Assembly: GCA_035913795.1 (NCBI GenBank)
Contig: JAMIIA010000061.1
Location: 231-64,230, forward strand
Reading direction: 5' to 3'
Source: Bacteroidales bacterium
GTDB taxonomy: Bacteria > Bacteroidota > Bacteroidia > Bacteroidales > UBA10428
DNA length: 64,000 bases
The notes under the pieces were generated by a model. The model was not told the DNA's origin. It saw nothing but the letters and a program-made list of their open reading frames with translations, and did no database searches. A program made the translations under genes and the position numbers. Shown here piece after piece: positions 1 through 10,115 of this stretch (its first letter is position 1; every line of letters begins with the position of its first letter).

Positions 1-203
1 TTTTGGTTTTATTTTTATAATAGTTCTATCTTTCGCCGCCTAAAGTGCAGAATGATTTTATGTGGATTCGATTTCACACCTGTTGATGCGAAGAGAGTAA
101 GAGTTATTGCCGGGTTGTATCAGGTAAAGGAAATAGTTGGGTGGGCAAGTCTTAAGTTCCAAGATTGATTCACTATTTCAGACAAAATTGGTACTAAGCT
201 TTT

Positions 204-650
204 TTGTCGCTTAATATGCTTACAGCTTTGAACAACGTAAAGTTTGATTGGACTGGTTTTACCTTTCTGGTTGCAGATGATGATGTATATAGCCATCTTC
301 TTCTGGAGAAATCATTCAGAAATACCGGAGCTCATCTTCTTCATGCCTACAACGGTTTGGAAGCCATTAAGCTTACAAACGAACATTCCATTTCCCTAGC
401 TCTTATCGACATTGTAATGCCTTTGGCAAACGGATATGAGGTAGCAATTAATTTATTAGCCTCTCAACCAGAAACGATTGTAATGGCTTATACTGCCGAC
501 GTCATGCGAATGGATCAGGAATATTGCCAGAAAATCGGTTTTCATAAATGCCTCATAAAACCCATGCTGCCGATTCGTTTGTTTAAAGAAATTGATGATG
601 CACTTAAGTTAAAATACTCTCATAAAAACTCAATTATCCGCTCCAATTGA
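204..650 (+). CDS. Stand-alone response regulator receiver protein (CheY-like)
   Basis: 148-aa ORF with receiver signatures: acidic pocket FLVADDD, phospho-acceptor Asp in LALIDIVMP, conserved T in AYTAD and K in LIKP. No output domain. Position 204 is a TTG; the ATG at 216 is an alternative start. In-frame stop at 195-197. The 3' end overlaps convergent murF by 31 nt. Confidence 0.8.
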   Translation: MSLNMLTALNNVKFDWTGFTFLVADDDVYSHLLLEKSFRNTGAHLLHAYNGLEAIKLTNEHSISLALIDIVMPLANGYEVAINLLASQPETIVMAYTADVMRMDQEYCQKIGFHKCLIKPMLPIRLFKEIDDALKLKYSHKNSIIRSN

Positions 651-1906
651 TTCGCCCTCGAACCTTTTATTAAAATCAAACTGTTTTCTAACGGGCTTTT
701 TTTGAGGTATTCGGTTAAGTCAGGTGTATCGGAAAAGTATTTTTCTTTATTCAATTTAAGCAACGAAAACTCTTCACCCACCAGAAAACATTCGTTCAGG
801 TTCATCAGCCTGGCCTGATTAAGAAGAGTCAGATGTTCCTGTTCAGAATCCTCTCCCAGTTCTTTCATGCTTCCTAAGATAAGAATCTTACGAGGTGAAG
901 GAAGGTTCTGGAAACTTTCAATAGCAACTTTCATGCTGCTCGGATTGGCGTTGTAGCAATCTGCTATAAGGCTGTTTCCTTTTGCAGTTTGAATAAACTG
1001 CGAGCGATTGTTTTCAGGCTTATAGTCTGCCAATGCTACGAGGCAATCTTCAATGGGTATCTCAAAGAACAGGCCTATTCGTAATGCTGCCAGTAGGTTG
1101 GGTACATTGTAATTGCCAAACAAATTTGTATTGAGCGTGTAATCCTTACCATTCACCGATAAATTAAGCGATAAATTCTCCCGGGTAAAGAATTCTTTCA
1201 AATAGCAGGCTGATGCAGGTGTACCGTATGTAACGATGTTTGCATAGTCTTTTAAAAGGTTTTTAAGTAGTGGATCGGTTTCGTGCAGAAAAATGGTGCC
1301 CTTTTGTTGCATAAGGAATTGGTAAAGCTCAGATTTTGCCCTTATTACTCCCTCAATGCCACCAAATCCTTCTAAATGTGCTTTCCCGATATTGGTTATT
1401 AATCCCATATCAGGCAGTGCAATTCGGCAGAGTTGTTCAATTTCACCGATATGATTGGCCCCCATCTCGGTTACGAGTATTTCAGTATCTCTTGGCGCCG
1501 ACAGAATGGTAAGAGGAACCCCGATATGATTATTCAAGTTTCCTTTGGTAACGTGGCATTTATATTTTTTTTCCAATACAGAACGAATTAACTCTTTTGT
1601 AGTTGTTTTTCCGTTTGATCCTGTAAGGGCAAGGGTTTTAAAATGTTGTTTCTGTCGATAGGTTCTAGCTAGCTCCTGCAAGGCTATCAGCGAATCGCTT
1701 ACAAGGATGCATCCATCCGCAAGGTATGCCGGATTGTCAATCACCACCGCCAAAGCTCCTTTTTGCAGGGCATCAGAAGCATATTGATTGCCATCAAACT
1801 GTTCACCCTTTAATGCAAAGAAAAGCGACCCGGGAGTAATTTTTCGTGTATCGGTAGAAACTTTAAAGTCTGCATCTTCGAGTTTCTTATAGAGAAGTTC
1901 AATCAT
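620..1906 (-). CDS. murF: UDP-N-acetylmuramoyl-tripeptide--D-alanyl-D-alanine ligase
   Basis: 428-aa ORF. Mur-ligase ATP-binding loop LTGSNGKTTTKE, central TEMGANHIGEI, C-terminal GSMKELG and IKGSR motifs. Length fits MurF. Confidence 0.9.
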   Translation of the reverse strand: MIELLYKKLEDADFKVSTDTRKITPGSLFFALKGEQFDGNQYASDALQKGALAVVIDNPAYLADGCILVSDSLIALQELARTYRQKQHFKTLALTGSNGKTTTKELIRSVLEKKYKCHVTKGNLNNHIGVPLTILSAPRDTEILVTEMGANHIGEIEQLCRIALPDMGLITNIGKAHLEGFGGIEGVIRAKSELYQFLMQQKGTIFLHETDPLLKNLLKDYANIVTYGTPASACYLKEFFTRENLSLNLSVNGKDYTLNTNLFGNYNVPNLLAALRIGLFFEIPIEDCLVALADYKPENNRSQFIQTAKGNSLIADCYNANPSSMKVAIESFQNLPSPRKILILGSMKELGEDSEQEHLTLLNQARLMNLNECFLVGEEFSLLKLNKEKYFSDTPDLTEYLKKSPLENSLILIKGSRANQLERIIEFL

Positions 1907-1988
1907 GCCTCAGAGATAAGTAGAGTCTTTTTTAAACTTTATTTTGAATGGTTATTTCGAATTTCACCTTTGGAAATAGGAAGAAGGG

Positions 1989-2023
1989 CAAAAAAAAGGG
2001 TGTTTCAAATCGATGAAACACCC
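1989..2023 (-). terminator. Rho-independent terminator downstream of gldJ
   Basis: On the minus strand about 20 nt after the gldJ stop. Perfect 10-bp stem GGGTGTTTCA/TGAAACACCC (2014-2023 pairs with 1998-2007), 6-nt loop, then a U-run (A-run 1990-1997 on the + strand). Confidence 0.65.
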
Positions 2024-2044
2024 TCAATATTTTCTAAGCAGAGA

Positions 2045-3538
2045 TTATTTTTGTCCTGCAGGACTTCCAACACGTACCATAGCACAACGGAAGCCTAAGT
2101 CATCGCGAGATGATTTCTCGTCTAGAAAACGGCGGGCTCCAGGGGCTAACCAATAGGCCCTGTCTCTCCACGAACCGCCTTTGTAAACGCGGGTATTGTC
2201 GGAAATAAGAGAACCTTCGTCGCCGGGTGCAAGTTTATACATACGGCTAGAACCTCTTTGTTGTTCTTTTGAACCGCCGTACCAGTCGCCACCTTCAATG
2301 ATACTCGACTCATGATCGCCATCGCGGTAGTTACGATAATCGGCTTTTTTATAGTTCCAGCGATTGATAGCTTCTTCTTCGGGAACTTCGACGTATTGCA
2401 AGCGGCCAAGGCTGTCTTTCTCTGCGATATTGCCCTCTTCGTCACGTTTTAGTTGAGTAAATACATTACCACGGAATGGGTTAAACTCGTCAAATTCTTC
2501 GAAAGTTTGTGGACGATATACATCCTGAACCCATTCGTTTACATTACCAGCCATGTTGTAAAGACCATAGTCGTTTGGCCAATAAGAATTAACCTCACCA
2601 GGTATAGAAGCTTTGTCATTCAAATCGCCGGCAACACCCATCATATCACCACGTCCGCGAACATAGTTGGCACGCATCTCGCCACGATTTTCTTTCATAT
2701 CCTGTCTTAGGTGATGACCATTCCAGGGATAAATACGACGCTCGTAAACCCTTTCTTCGTATGAATTACCAATAAGAGCCAGGGCAGCAAATTCCCATTC
2801 AGCTTCGGAAGGAAGGCGGTATTTTGGTAAAAGGATACCATCTTCAAGCATAACGCGTCTGGTATCTTTGTTAGGATCAAGACTTGGAAGATTCTGACGT
2901 ACAACACCTTCGTATTGTCCGGCAAGATATGCTTCTGTGTTATAGTTTTCTTCGTTTATCTGGTTTGGATCCGCTTCGAGAACTCCTTCCCGGATCAGTA
3001 TCATTTCATTCACACGGTCGGTACGCCATGCACAATAATCGGTAGCCTGCAGCCAGCTAACTCCCACAACAGGGTATTCGTTGTATGAGGGGTGACGGAA
3101 ATAGTATTGTACATATGGTTCGTTGTAAGCCATTGCTCTGCGCCAAACAAGTGTATCGGGCAAAGCGTTGCGGTATACCTGGGGATAATCGACAAAAACG
3201 CGTGAAATCCAATGCAGGTATTCACGATAATCGACGTTACGCACTTCGGTTTGATCGAGGTAGAATGAAGAAACAGTGACCCGACGGGGTGAGTTGTTCC
3301 ATTCGTACATCACATCTTGTTCCACACGTCCCATGGTAAAGTTACCACCCTGAATTAAAACAAGTCCCGGACCTGTTTCTTGCTCACTGGCGCTAATTAC
3401 TTCAAAACCACCATTATCTGGATCGTTGTATTGCCAGTTAGTGGTAGAAGAAACTCCTTTACCTTTACCGCCACCACACGAGGTTAGAATCGCAGCCAGG
3501 ATAGCAACAATTGCAAAAGCAGACAGCTTAAATTTCAT
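2045..3538 (-). CDS. gldJ: Gliding motility / T9SS-associated lipoprotein GldJ (SUMF1/FGE-like fold)
   Basis: 497-aa ORF. Lipoprotein signal with lipobox LTSC. FGE/SUMF1-like motifs (GGNFTMGR, YPVVGVSW, YKGGSWRD, LGFRCA). The N-terminal part (NWQYNDPDNGGF..QETGPGLV) resembles GldJ more than GldK. Synteny with murF and porU/porV matches what I recall for Flavobacterium johnsoniae. Confidence 0.8.
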   Translation of the reverse strand: MKFKLSAFAIVAILAAILTSCGGGKGKGVSSTTNWQYNDPDNGGFEVISASEQETGPGLVLIQGGNFTMGRVEQDVMYEWNNSPRRVTVSSFYLDQTEVRNVDYREYLHWISRVFVDYPQVYRNALPDTLVWRRAMAYNEPYVQYYFRHPSYNEYPVVGVSWLQATDYCAWRTDRVNEMILIREGVLEADPNQINEENYNTEAYLAGQYEGVVRQNLPSLDPNKDTRRVMLEDGILLPKYRLPSEAEWEFAALALIGNSYEERVYERRIYPWNGHHLRQDMKENRGEMRANYVRGRGDMMGVAGDLNDKASIPGEVNSYWPNDYGLYNMAGNVNEWVQDVYRPQTFEEFDEFNPFRGNVFTQLKRDEEGNIAEKDSLGRLQYVEVPEEEAINRWNYKKADYRNYRDGDHESSIIEGGDWYGGSKEQQRGSSRMYKLAPGDEGSLISDNTRVYKGGSWRDRAYWLAPGARRFLDEKSSRDDLGFRCAMVRVGSPAGQK

Positions 3539-3592
3539 GATAAAACGTTTTATGTTCTTTACTTACTAAATTACAATTATTTTCCTTTAAAA

Positions 3593-4525
3593 CTAAATAT
3601 CGGGACATTTTATTGCCCCCTTTCGTTTACTTCTTGCTTTATACTTAATTTTTGTTAAAAAAGTTACTTCATGTGCTGCCATTTTTGGATTCACAGAAAC
3701 CACTCCTGACAAATTTATATCATTGGTATAAACAAATTGATAGTTTTCAAAAGAAATTCCTAACAAAATTATTAACGCATTCACGCGAAACATATTTTGG
3801 CGAATGATTAATCCGCCTTTTAAGCCTGAATAAACTACCGACATGCCATATAAAGCCTCGGTTTCGATTAAATTGGAGCTAATATTTACCAGTGGTTCAT
3901 AATGCAATTCGTTGTAATATCCTCGTGGTCGGATTATTCCCCGGTAGCTTAACTGGATTTGTAAATCTTCTGATAAATTTGCTGCTGTTGGCAAAAGATT
4001 GATGACCGAAGCACCCAAAAAATGTTCTTCGTTCAATAAAATGCCAATTCCGCTAGATATTGAGGTATAGCTGCTTTGTTGGTTTGCTGGCACTGGTGCA
4101 GCAGGATTTTCAAAGGTCAGGCCTGAGTAATTCGATGCAGCCAGGTTATAAAAGGCCTGAAGGCCAAATAACAGATGGCTTCGATGCCCAGTCTGCATTT
4201 TATAAGCATAGTTGCCGCCAAATGCAGTGCGGGTAAAGGTTCCCTGGTATTCGTTGTCGTAATTGACGATAGCACCGAAACTACTATTGAGATTTTCTGC
4301 CACATAAAAGCCGGCAGCACCGTAACTGGTGTACTGCGTGCTCGAGGGCCATTGGTTGCGGTAGTTTAATTGTAGAGTAGAAAAATCGGTATATAGAGCA
4401 TAAGCCGGATTGGAAAAAACAAGGTTATGGTAAAGATTAGACACAAAATAGTTCTGCGCCAATAGCTTTCTGCTGCCTGGAACAAAAAAAATAAATGCAA
4501 GTAAAAGACACCGTATGCTAATCAT
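3593..4525 (-). CDS. PorP/SprF-family type IX secretion outer-membrane protein
   Basis: 310-aa ORF with signal peptide (..SRKLLAQ). Family hallmarks near the N-terminus (FSNPAYA, LNYRNQW, GAIVNYDNEYQG), followed by a beta-barrel-like alternating pattern. Confidence 0.75.
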   Translation of the reverse strand: MISIRCLLLAFIFFVPGSRKLLAQNYFVSNLYHNLVFSNPAYALYTDFSTLQLNYRNQWPSSTQYTSYGAAGFYVAENLNSSFGAIVNYDNEYQGTFTRTAFGGNYAYKMQTGHRSHLLFGLQAFYNLAASNYSGLTFENPAAPVPANQQSSYTSISSGIGILLNEEHFLGASVINLLPTAANLSEDLQIQLSYRGIIRPRGYYNELHYEPLVNISSNLIETEALYGMSVVYSGLKGGLIIRQNMFRVNALIILLGISFENYQFVYTNDINLSGVVSVNPKMAAHEVTFLTKIKYKARSKRKGAIKCPDI

Positions 4526-4581
4526 TTGTTAATAGCAATATATAAATGAAACTAACGTTAAAAATATTGTTTTATTAAGTA

Positions 4582-7500
4582 ATGACGTCGATAACCTATA
4601 ATAAAATGAATTTCAGACAAACGTTTTTTATTTTGTTGACCATACTGCCTCTCACTGTTTTTGGGCAGCAAAGTTTTAAAACTACCTCAGTTTTATCCTC
4701 CGGTAAGTGGTATAAAGTTAAAATCTCTGAGTCAGGAATCTATCGGATTAGTTACAACGACCTAAAAAATATTGGCTTTGAAACACCCGAAAACATAAGA
4801 GTTTATGCTGGTAATGGTCGCCAATTATCGGAAAAAGTAAACGATGCCTTTATCGACGATCTGGAGGAACTAGCCATTTATTCAAGTAACGATGCGGATT
4901 TTGGCGCTGACGATTACTACCTTTTTTATGCCGAAGGGGTTAAAGGCATGTATTACAACCCATCCGACCAAAATTTTAGACAAGATGTGCACGATTATAC
5001 ACTCGCCAATTATTATTTTCTCACTACCTCATTCGGTCCTGGTAAACGTATTCAATCAGGAAGCGATGCAGGTCTTAATCCTAACTTTGATCAATCGACT
5101 TACGATTGGACAGACTTTTACGAAGAAGAAGAAATTAACCTGATTAATTCAGGCAGATTGTGGTTTGGTGATCAGATTACCGGCGATAAGCTCACAAAAC
5201 AATTCGTGGCAAAAAATATTGTAGCAGAGCATCCGGTTTTACTTGAAACCATGGTGGCTGTTCGATCTGAAAACTCGCAAACTGTGGAGGTCTACGCAAA
5301 TGGTAATTTTCTTTCAAGCATGTTCTTTTCACCCGTAAATATAAGCGATGCCGAAGCTACCTATGCCCGTGCCAGTTCTACTTCAACAGGGTTTTCTTCC
5401 AGTTCTGAGCAATTGAGTGTTAACTTTAAGTTTAGTGCAAACGATCCGAATTCCAGGGCTTATGTCGATTATATAAGAATGCAGGCACGTTGCCAGCTCC
5501 GGATTGAAGGCGATGAATTTTATTTTCGGGATCATGAAACAGTGGGATTAGGCAATGTAACCCGATTCAACTTACAAAACGCCACAACAGCTTATCAGGT
5601 TTGGGATATTACAAGTCCAACTGAGATATTTAAACTTAATACTACTTTAAATGGTACGCAATTAAGTTTTATAGCAGAAAGTCAGGAATTGCGCGAGTAC
5701 CTTGTTATTAAATATTCCGGCAGCTTTCCTTCGCCAACCTATACCGATTCAAAGCTTCAGGATGTAGGTTGGACAATGAATCAAAATTTGCATGCCTTGT
5801 CGACTCCGGTTTTTTTAATTGTAACGCATCCGGCATTTCTTAATCAGGCTGAACAGCTTGCTGATATTCATCGAACCAAGGACCAAATGAGTGTAGAAGT
5901 GGTTACAACCCAGCAGGTTTATAACGAATTTTCTTCTGGTAAACCCGATGCAGCTGCTATTCGTAATTTTGCCAGAATGCTCTTCGAAAAATCCTCAATC
6001 GCCGATTCTCTTAAATACCTGCTTTTGTTTGGCGATGGTTCTTTTGATAACCGCACAATTAATAACATCAATCCTAATTATATTCCCACCTACCAATCGG
6101 TTAGTTCTTTAGAACCAACATCGAGTTATGTGGCAGACGATTTCTACGCTTTTCTTGGGGCAGGTGAAGGAGGCATTGTCGGAAAATTGGATATTGGTGT
6201 AGGCCGTTTTCCTGTTGTTTCCGATGGCAAGGATGAATTGGAGGCCCAAGCACTGGTAAACAAAATTGAGGAATATTATGCAGCAGAAAATATGGCCGAT
6301 TGGCGTAACCGCATGTTATTTTTAGGCGACGATGGTGAAAGCGGCTGGGATAATACTGTTTTTATGATCGATTCAGATGGTTTGGCAGAAATGGTGGAAG
6401 ATGAAGCCTCGGCTATTAATATTTATAAAATTTACCTCGATGCCTACAAGCAAATAAGTTCTTCTACCGGAGCTTCCTATCCAGAAGTTGAATTGTTGTT
6501 GCAGGATGTGTTTAACAAGGGCTTGCTCATATTTAACTATATGGGTCATGGTGGAGAAAATGGTATTACACAGGAACAGGTGCTCAAGAAGACTGATTTT
6601 GAAAACCTTAAAAATGCACCTTATTACCCCTTATTTATTACAGCAACCTGCCAATTGAGTCGTTACGACAATGTGAGTATCACCGGATCGCAGTATGCCC
6701 GAAAGATTTCGGCTGGTGAGGCCGCATTGCTTAACCCAAAAGGTGGAGCCATCGCTTTGCTTACAACAACTCGGTTGGTTTATCAAAGCAGCAACGTGGC
6801 GTTAAGCGAAGCCTTATATACCAATGTATTCCGGAAAGATTACCAGGGAAATCCTTATCGCTTGGGAGATATTCTGCGTCATTCGAAGAACAATGTAATT
6901 GCTTCGAAGGAAAATACATTAAAGTTCACTTTGCTTGGCGACCCTGCTTTACGTCTGATGCATGGCGAATATAAGGTGCTTGTCGATTCAATCAATGGAA
7001 TCTCTGTAAACAATTTCTCCGATACATTGAATGCCCTCAACGAGGTAACCGTGTCAGGATGTGTAACTTTCGACGACAGCACACTCATAAATGGATTTAA
7101 TGGGGTTGTTTATATAAATGTCTTCGATAAAGCCTATTTAGTTACTACCAATGGAAACGATGGTATTCAGAAAATAGATTTCAAGTTACAGGATAGGCTT
7201 CTTTTTAGAGGAAAAGCAACAGTTAGCAATGGAAGGTTTAGCGTAAAATTTAAAATACCCAAAGACATAGTCTATACTTTTGGCACAGGAAAAATATCGT
7301 TTTATGCCGAAAATGGGCAACTTGATGCAAAGGGCGAATATTCAGATTTTATCATTGGAGGCACTTCTTCGAATTCTGAGATTGATTTCGATGGACCCGA
7401 AATAGCCTTATTCATGAACGATTGGAGTTTTATCGATGGAGGTGTTACCGATCCAAATCCAATACTGCTTGCTAGTTTGTTCGACCAGAATGGAATTAAC

Positions 7501-8046
7501 ACAACAGGCATTGGAATAGGACACGATCTGGTAGCTTTGCTCGACGAAGACTACTCGAAAAGCTATATGTTAAACGATTATTTCGAAAGTGAACTTGATG
7601 ATTATCAGCGAGGCACTGTTCGTTACCCCCTTTCCAATCTGGAAAGTGGCCCACATACTATCAGCCTGAAAGTTTGGGATATCTATAATAATTCATCTTA
7701 CGAAAACCTGAATTTCTATGTGGAATCATCTCCCAACACTGTAATAAGCACACTGGTTAACTATCCGAATCCGGCCAACATTAATACTACTTTTCAGTAT
7801 ACCCACAACAAAGCCGGACAAGAACATAGAGTGTACATCGATATCTACGATATCAGTGGTAGGATGGTGCATCAGTTACAGCGAAATAATAATGAAACCG
7901 GGTTTGTTTCTGAACCCATTAACTGGGATATTGAGAGCATGGGGTTAAATAAAATTGAACCAGGAGTTTATCCTTACAAACTGAGGGTAAGCACTTCCGA
8001 TGGCTCGGAAGGAATAAAATCCGGAAGCCTTATAATAATTCCCTGA
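4582..8046 (+). CDS. porU: Type IX secretion system sortase PorU (C25-like peptidase)
   Basis: 1154-aa ORF with signal peptide (ILLTILPLTVFGQQ). Gingipain-like core (YLLLFGDGSFDNR, NYMGHGGENG, ITATCQLSRYD). C-terminal T9SS sorting-domain pattern (NYPNPANINTTFQY..VYIDIYDISGRMV..GVYPYKLRV). The ATG at 4606 is an alternative start. Confidence 0.85.
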   Translation: MTSITYNKMNFRQTFFILLTILPLTVFGQQSFKTTSVLSSGKWYKVKISESGIYRISYNDLKNIGFETPENIRVYAGNGRQLSEKVNDAFIDDLEELAIYSSNDADFGADDYYLFYAEGVKGMYYNPSDQNFRQDVHDYTLANYYFLTTSFGPGKRIQSGSDAGLNPNFDQSTYDWTDFYEEEEINLINSGRLWFGDQITGDKLTKQFVAKNIVAEHPVLLETMVAVRSENSQTVEVYANGNFLSSMFFSPVNISDAEATYARASSTSTGFSSSSEQLSVNFKFSANDPNSRAYVDYIRMQARCQLRIEGDEFYFRDHETVGLGNVTRFNLQNATTAYQVWDITSPTEIFKLNTTLNGTQLSFIAESQELREYLVIKYSGSFPSPTYTDSKLQDVGWTMNQNLHALSTPVFLIVTHPAFLNQAEQLADIHRTKDQMSVEVVTTQQVYNEFSSGKPDAAAIRNFARMLFEKSSIADSLKYLLLFGDGSFDNRTINNINPNYIPTYQSVSSLEPTSSYVADDFYAFLGAGEGGIVGKLDIGVGRFPVVSDGKDELEAQALVNKIEEYYAAENMADWRNRMLFLGDDGESGWDNTVFMIDSDGLAEMVEDEASAINIYKIYLDAYKQISSSTGASYPEVELLLQDVFNKGLLIFNYMGHGGENGITQEQVLKKTDFENLKNAPYYPLFITATCQLSRYDNVSITGSQYARKISAGEAALLNPKGGAIALLTTTRLVYQSSNVALSEALYTNVFRKDYQGNPYRLGDILRHSKNNVIASKENTLKFTLLGDPALRLMHGEYKVLVDSINGISVNNFSDTLNALNEVTVSGCVTFDDSTLINGFNGVVYINVFDKAYLVTTNGNDGIQKIDFKLQDRLLFRGKATVSNGRFSVKFKIPKDIVYTFGTGKISFYAENGQLDAKGEYSDFIIGGTSSNSEIDFDGPEIALFMNDWSFIDGGVTDPNPILLASLFDQNGINTTGIGIGHDLVALLDEDYSKSYMLNDYFESELDDYQRGTVRYPLSNLESGPHTISLKVWDIYNNSSYENLNFYVESSPNTVISTLVNYPNPANINTTFQYTHNKAGQEHRVYIDIYDISGRMVHQLQRNNNETGFVSEPINWDIESMGLNKIEPGVYPYKLRVSTSDGSEGIKSGSLIIIP

Positions 8047-8102
8047 CAGAGTCGTTTACTAATTAAATTTTTTACATTCGCACTTTAAAATTAAAACAGA
8101 CC

Positions 8103-9236
8103 ATGATAAAGCAGCTATTTGCATTAGGTATTTCATTATGTATAGGTTTAACATATTCGTTTGCACAGGATTCCGATGGCCGGGACGTTTCGAACACGGT
8201 GATTCGTACTTCGGTTCCTTTTTTAACCATTGCGCCTGATTCCAAATCAGGAGCCATGGGCGATGCCGGGGTTTCCACATCGGGCGATCTTAGTTCGCAA
8301 CACTGGAATTCGGCTAAATATGTCACCTTAAAAGAAGAGTTTGGTTTTGCTATTTCCTACACGCCATGGCTTCGAAGCCTGGGAGTTACAGATTTAAACC
8401 TTCTCTACCTTTCGGGATATAAGAAGTTTGGAAGGGATCAGGCCGTGAGTGCGAGTTTACGGTATTTTAATCTGGGGGAAATAATAGAGCTGGATAATGA
8501 AGGGGAAGAAACCGGCAGCACAATAAGACCTCATGAGTTTGCTCTGGATGCCGGCTATTCCCGTGCATTCTCAGAATATTTTAGTGGTGGTTTGGCATTT
8601 CGCTTTATTTACTCCGACATAGCTGCAGGAACCAGCAGTACAGGTCTTGCCGGAGGAGCACAATACGAACCAGGCACTTCATTTGCTGCCGACATTTCAA
8701 CCTATTTTCAAAAACCCGTTAATGTTGGCGGATACGATGCAACCTATGCCTGGGGTGTAAATATTTCCAACATAGGTACCAAGATGACATACTCCGAAGA
8801 CAACGAAAGTCAGTTTATTCCCACCAACCTGCGCGTAGGTGGTCGGTACGAGATGGAAATCGATGAGTATAACTCAATAGCTGGCACACTCGATTTAAAC
8901 AAATTGCTTGTGCCTTTAAACGATACAACCAACATGGGTACCATGGAAGGGATGTTCAAATCGTTTTACGATGCTCCGGGTGGTTTTGAAGAAGAAATGC
9001 AGGAGATTATGTGGTCATTTGGTGTGGAATACTGGTATATGAAACAATTTGCCATTCGGGCCGGATATTTCTACGAAAACGAAAACAAAGGAAACAGAAA
9101 GTATTTTACAACAGGTGTGGGGCTTCATTTGAATGTGTTTTCGCTCGATTTCTCCTATTTATTTCCTACACAAGGAGGTCAGAATAACCCACTTTCCAAT
9201 ACTATGCGATTTACCCTCGGCTTTAAATTCGAGTAA
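8103..9236 (+). CDS. porV: Type IX secretion outer-membrane shuttle protein PorV (LptO)
   Basis: 377-aa ORF with signal peptide ending FAQ. Characteristic N-terminal PorV motif (VIRTSVPFLTIAPDSKSGAMGDAGVSTSGD). FadL-like beta-barrel pattern with C-terminal ..RFTLGFKFE. Lies directly after porU. Confidence 0.85.
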   Translation: MIKQLFALGISLCIGLTYSFAQDSDGRDVSNTVIRTSVPFLTIAPDSKSGAMGDAGVSTSGDLSSQHWNSAKYVTLKEEFGFAISYTPWLRSLGVTDLNLLYLSGYKKFGRDQAVSASLRYFNLGEIIELDNEGEETGSTIRPHEFALDAGYSRAFSEYFSGGLAFRFIYSDIAAGTSSTGLAGGAQYEPGTSFAADISTYFQKPVNVGGYDATYAWGVNISNIGTKMTYSEDNESQFIPTNLRVGGRYEMEIDEYNSIAGTLDLNKLLVPLNDTTNMGTMEGMFKSFYDAPGGFEEEMQEIMWSFGVEYWYMKQFAIRAGYFYENENKGNRKYFTTGVGLHLNVFSLDFSYLFPTQGGQNNPLSNTMRFTLGFKFE

Positions 9237-9238
9237 GC

Positions 9239-9718
9239 ATGAAAGTGAGAGTTGGAATTGGATTCGATGTACATCAGTTAGAAAAGGGTAGGAAGTTTGT
9301 GCTGGGGGGAGTTTCTATTCCACATGAGAAAGGACCTGTAGCCCACTCCGATGGCGATGTGCTAATCCATGCCATTTGCGATGCCTTGCTAGGTGCTGCT
9401 GCCCTTGGCGACATAGGAGTTCATTTTCCGGATACTTCTGAGGATTTTAAGGGCATCGACAGCAAACTTTTGCTTAAAAAAACTTTAGGTCTGATAAATG
9501 AGGCAGGATATCAAATTGGCAACATCGACAGCACAATCTGTCTACAACGCCCTAAGGTGAAAGAATATATTCCTGCTATGCAGCAAACCCTCGCAAAGCT
9601 TATGAACCTGTCTCCTGAAGATATAGGAATCAAAGCAACTACTACCGAAAAACTAGGGTATGTTGGTCGCGAAGAAGGTATATCGGCATACGCGGTAGTA
9701 TTGCTTAATAAAAATTAA
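9239..9718 (+). CDS. ispF: 2-C-methyl-D-erythritol 2,4-cyclodiphosphate synthase
   Basis: 159-aa ORF with canonical IspF motifs: GIGFDVHQL, HSDGDVLIHAICDALLGAAALGDIG.HFPD, KATTTEKLG..GR.EGI. Confidence 0.95.
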   Translation: MKVRVGIGFDVHQLEKGRKFVLGGVSIPHEKGPVAHSDGDVLIHAICDALLGAAALGDIGVHFPDTSEDFKGIDSKLLLKKTLGLINEAGYQIGNIDSTICLQRPKVKEYIPAMQQTLAKLMNLSPEDIGIKATTTEKLGYVGREEGISAYAVVLLNKN

Positions 9719-9749
9719 TTGATGAACTTGGCATAATAAAACACTATTT

Positions 9750-10109
9750 ATGCCAACCTATCTGGTTTTTGGTGCAAGTCTTAATCCCGCAAGGCATTCG
9801 AACAAAGCTGTAAAAAGTCTTGTTAGGCATAACCACAGTGTTATAGCAATCGGGCTAAGAGAAGGAACCATTTTAGATGTGCCTGTAATAACCGGTATGC
9901 CAGTTTTAAAAGCTGTAGATACCATACTACTTTACATAGGCACAAGAAATCAACCGCCTTTTTACGATTATCTGGTTAAACTAAATCCCCGACGGGTTAT
10001 TTTTAACCCCGGAACCGAGAACCAGGAGTTTCAGGATATTCTTGAAAAAAACCGGATAGAGGTTGTATTAGGTTGCGCATTAGTAATGATTAGTTCGGGA
10101 CAGTTATAA
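9750..10109 (+). CDS. CoA-binding domain protein (YccU-like)
   Basis: 119-aa ORF. Small Rossmann-like pattern typical of the CoA_binding_2 family (LVFGASLNPARHSNKAV, ..RRVIFNPGTEN..). Confidence 0.65.
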   Translation: MPTYLVFGASLNPARHSNKAVKSLVRHNHSVIAIGLREGTILDVPVITGMPVLKAVDTILLYIGTRNQPPFYDYLVKLNPRRVIFNPGTENQEFQDILEKNRIEVVLGCALVMISSGQL

Positions 10110-10115
10110 AGTAAA

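Noticed and set aside
620-650. A 31-nt overlap of the convergent receiver gene and murF 3' ends, which might indicate mis-annotation or antisense regulation.
   Set aside because: Both ORFs have complete domain ends (murF ..IKGSRANQLERIIEFL; the receiver is complete by ~residue 125). The overlap involves only the non-conserved tail of the receiver protein. It is unremarkable in compact genomes.
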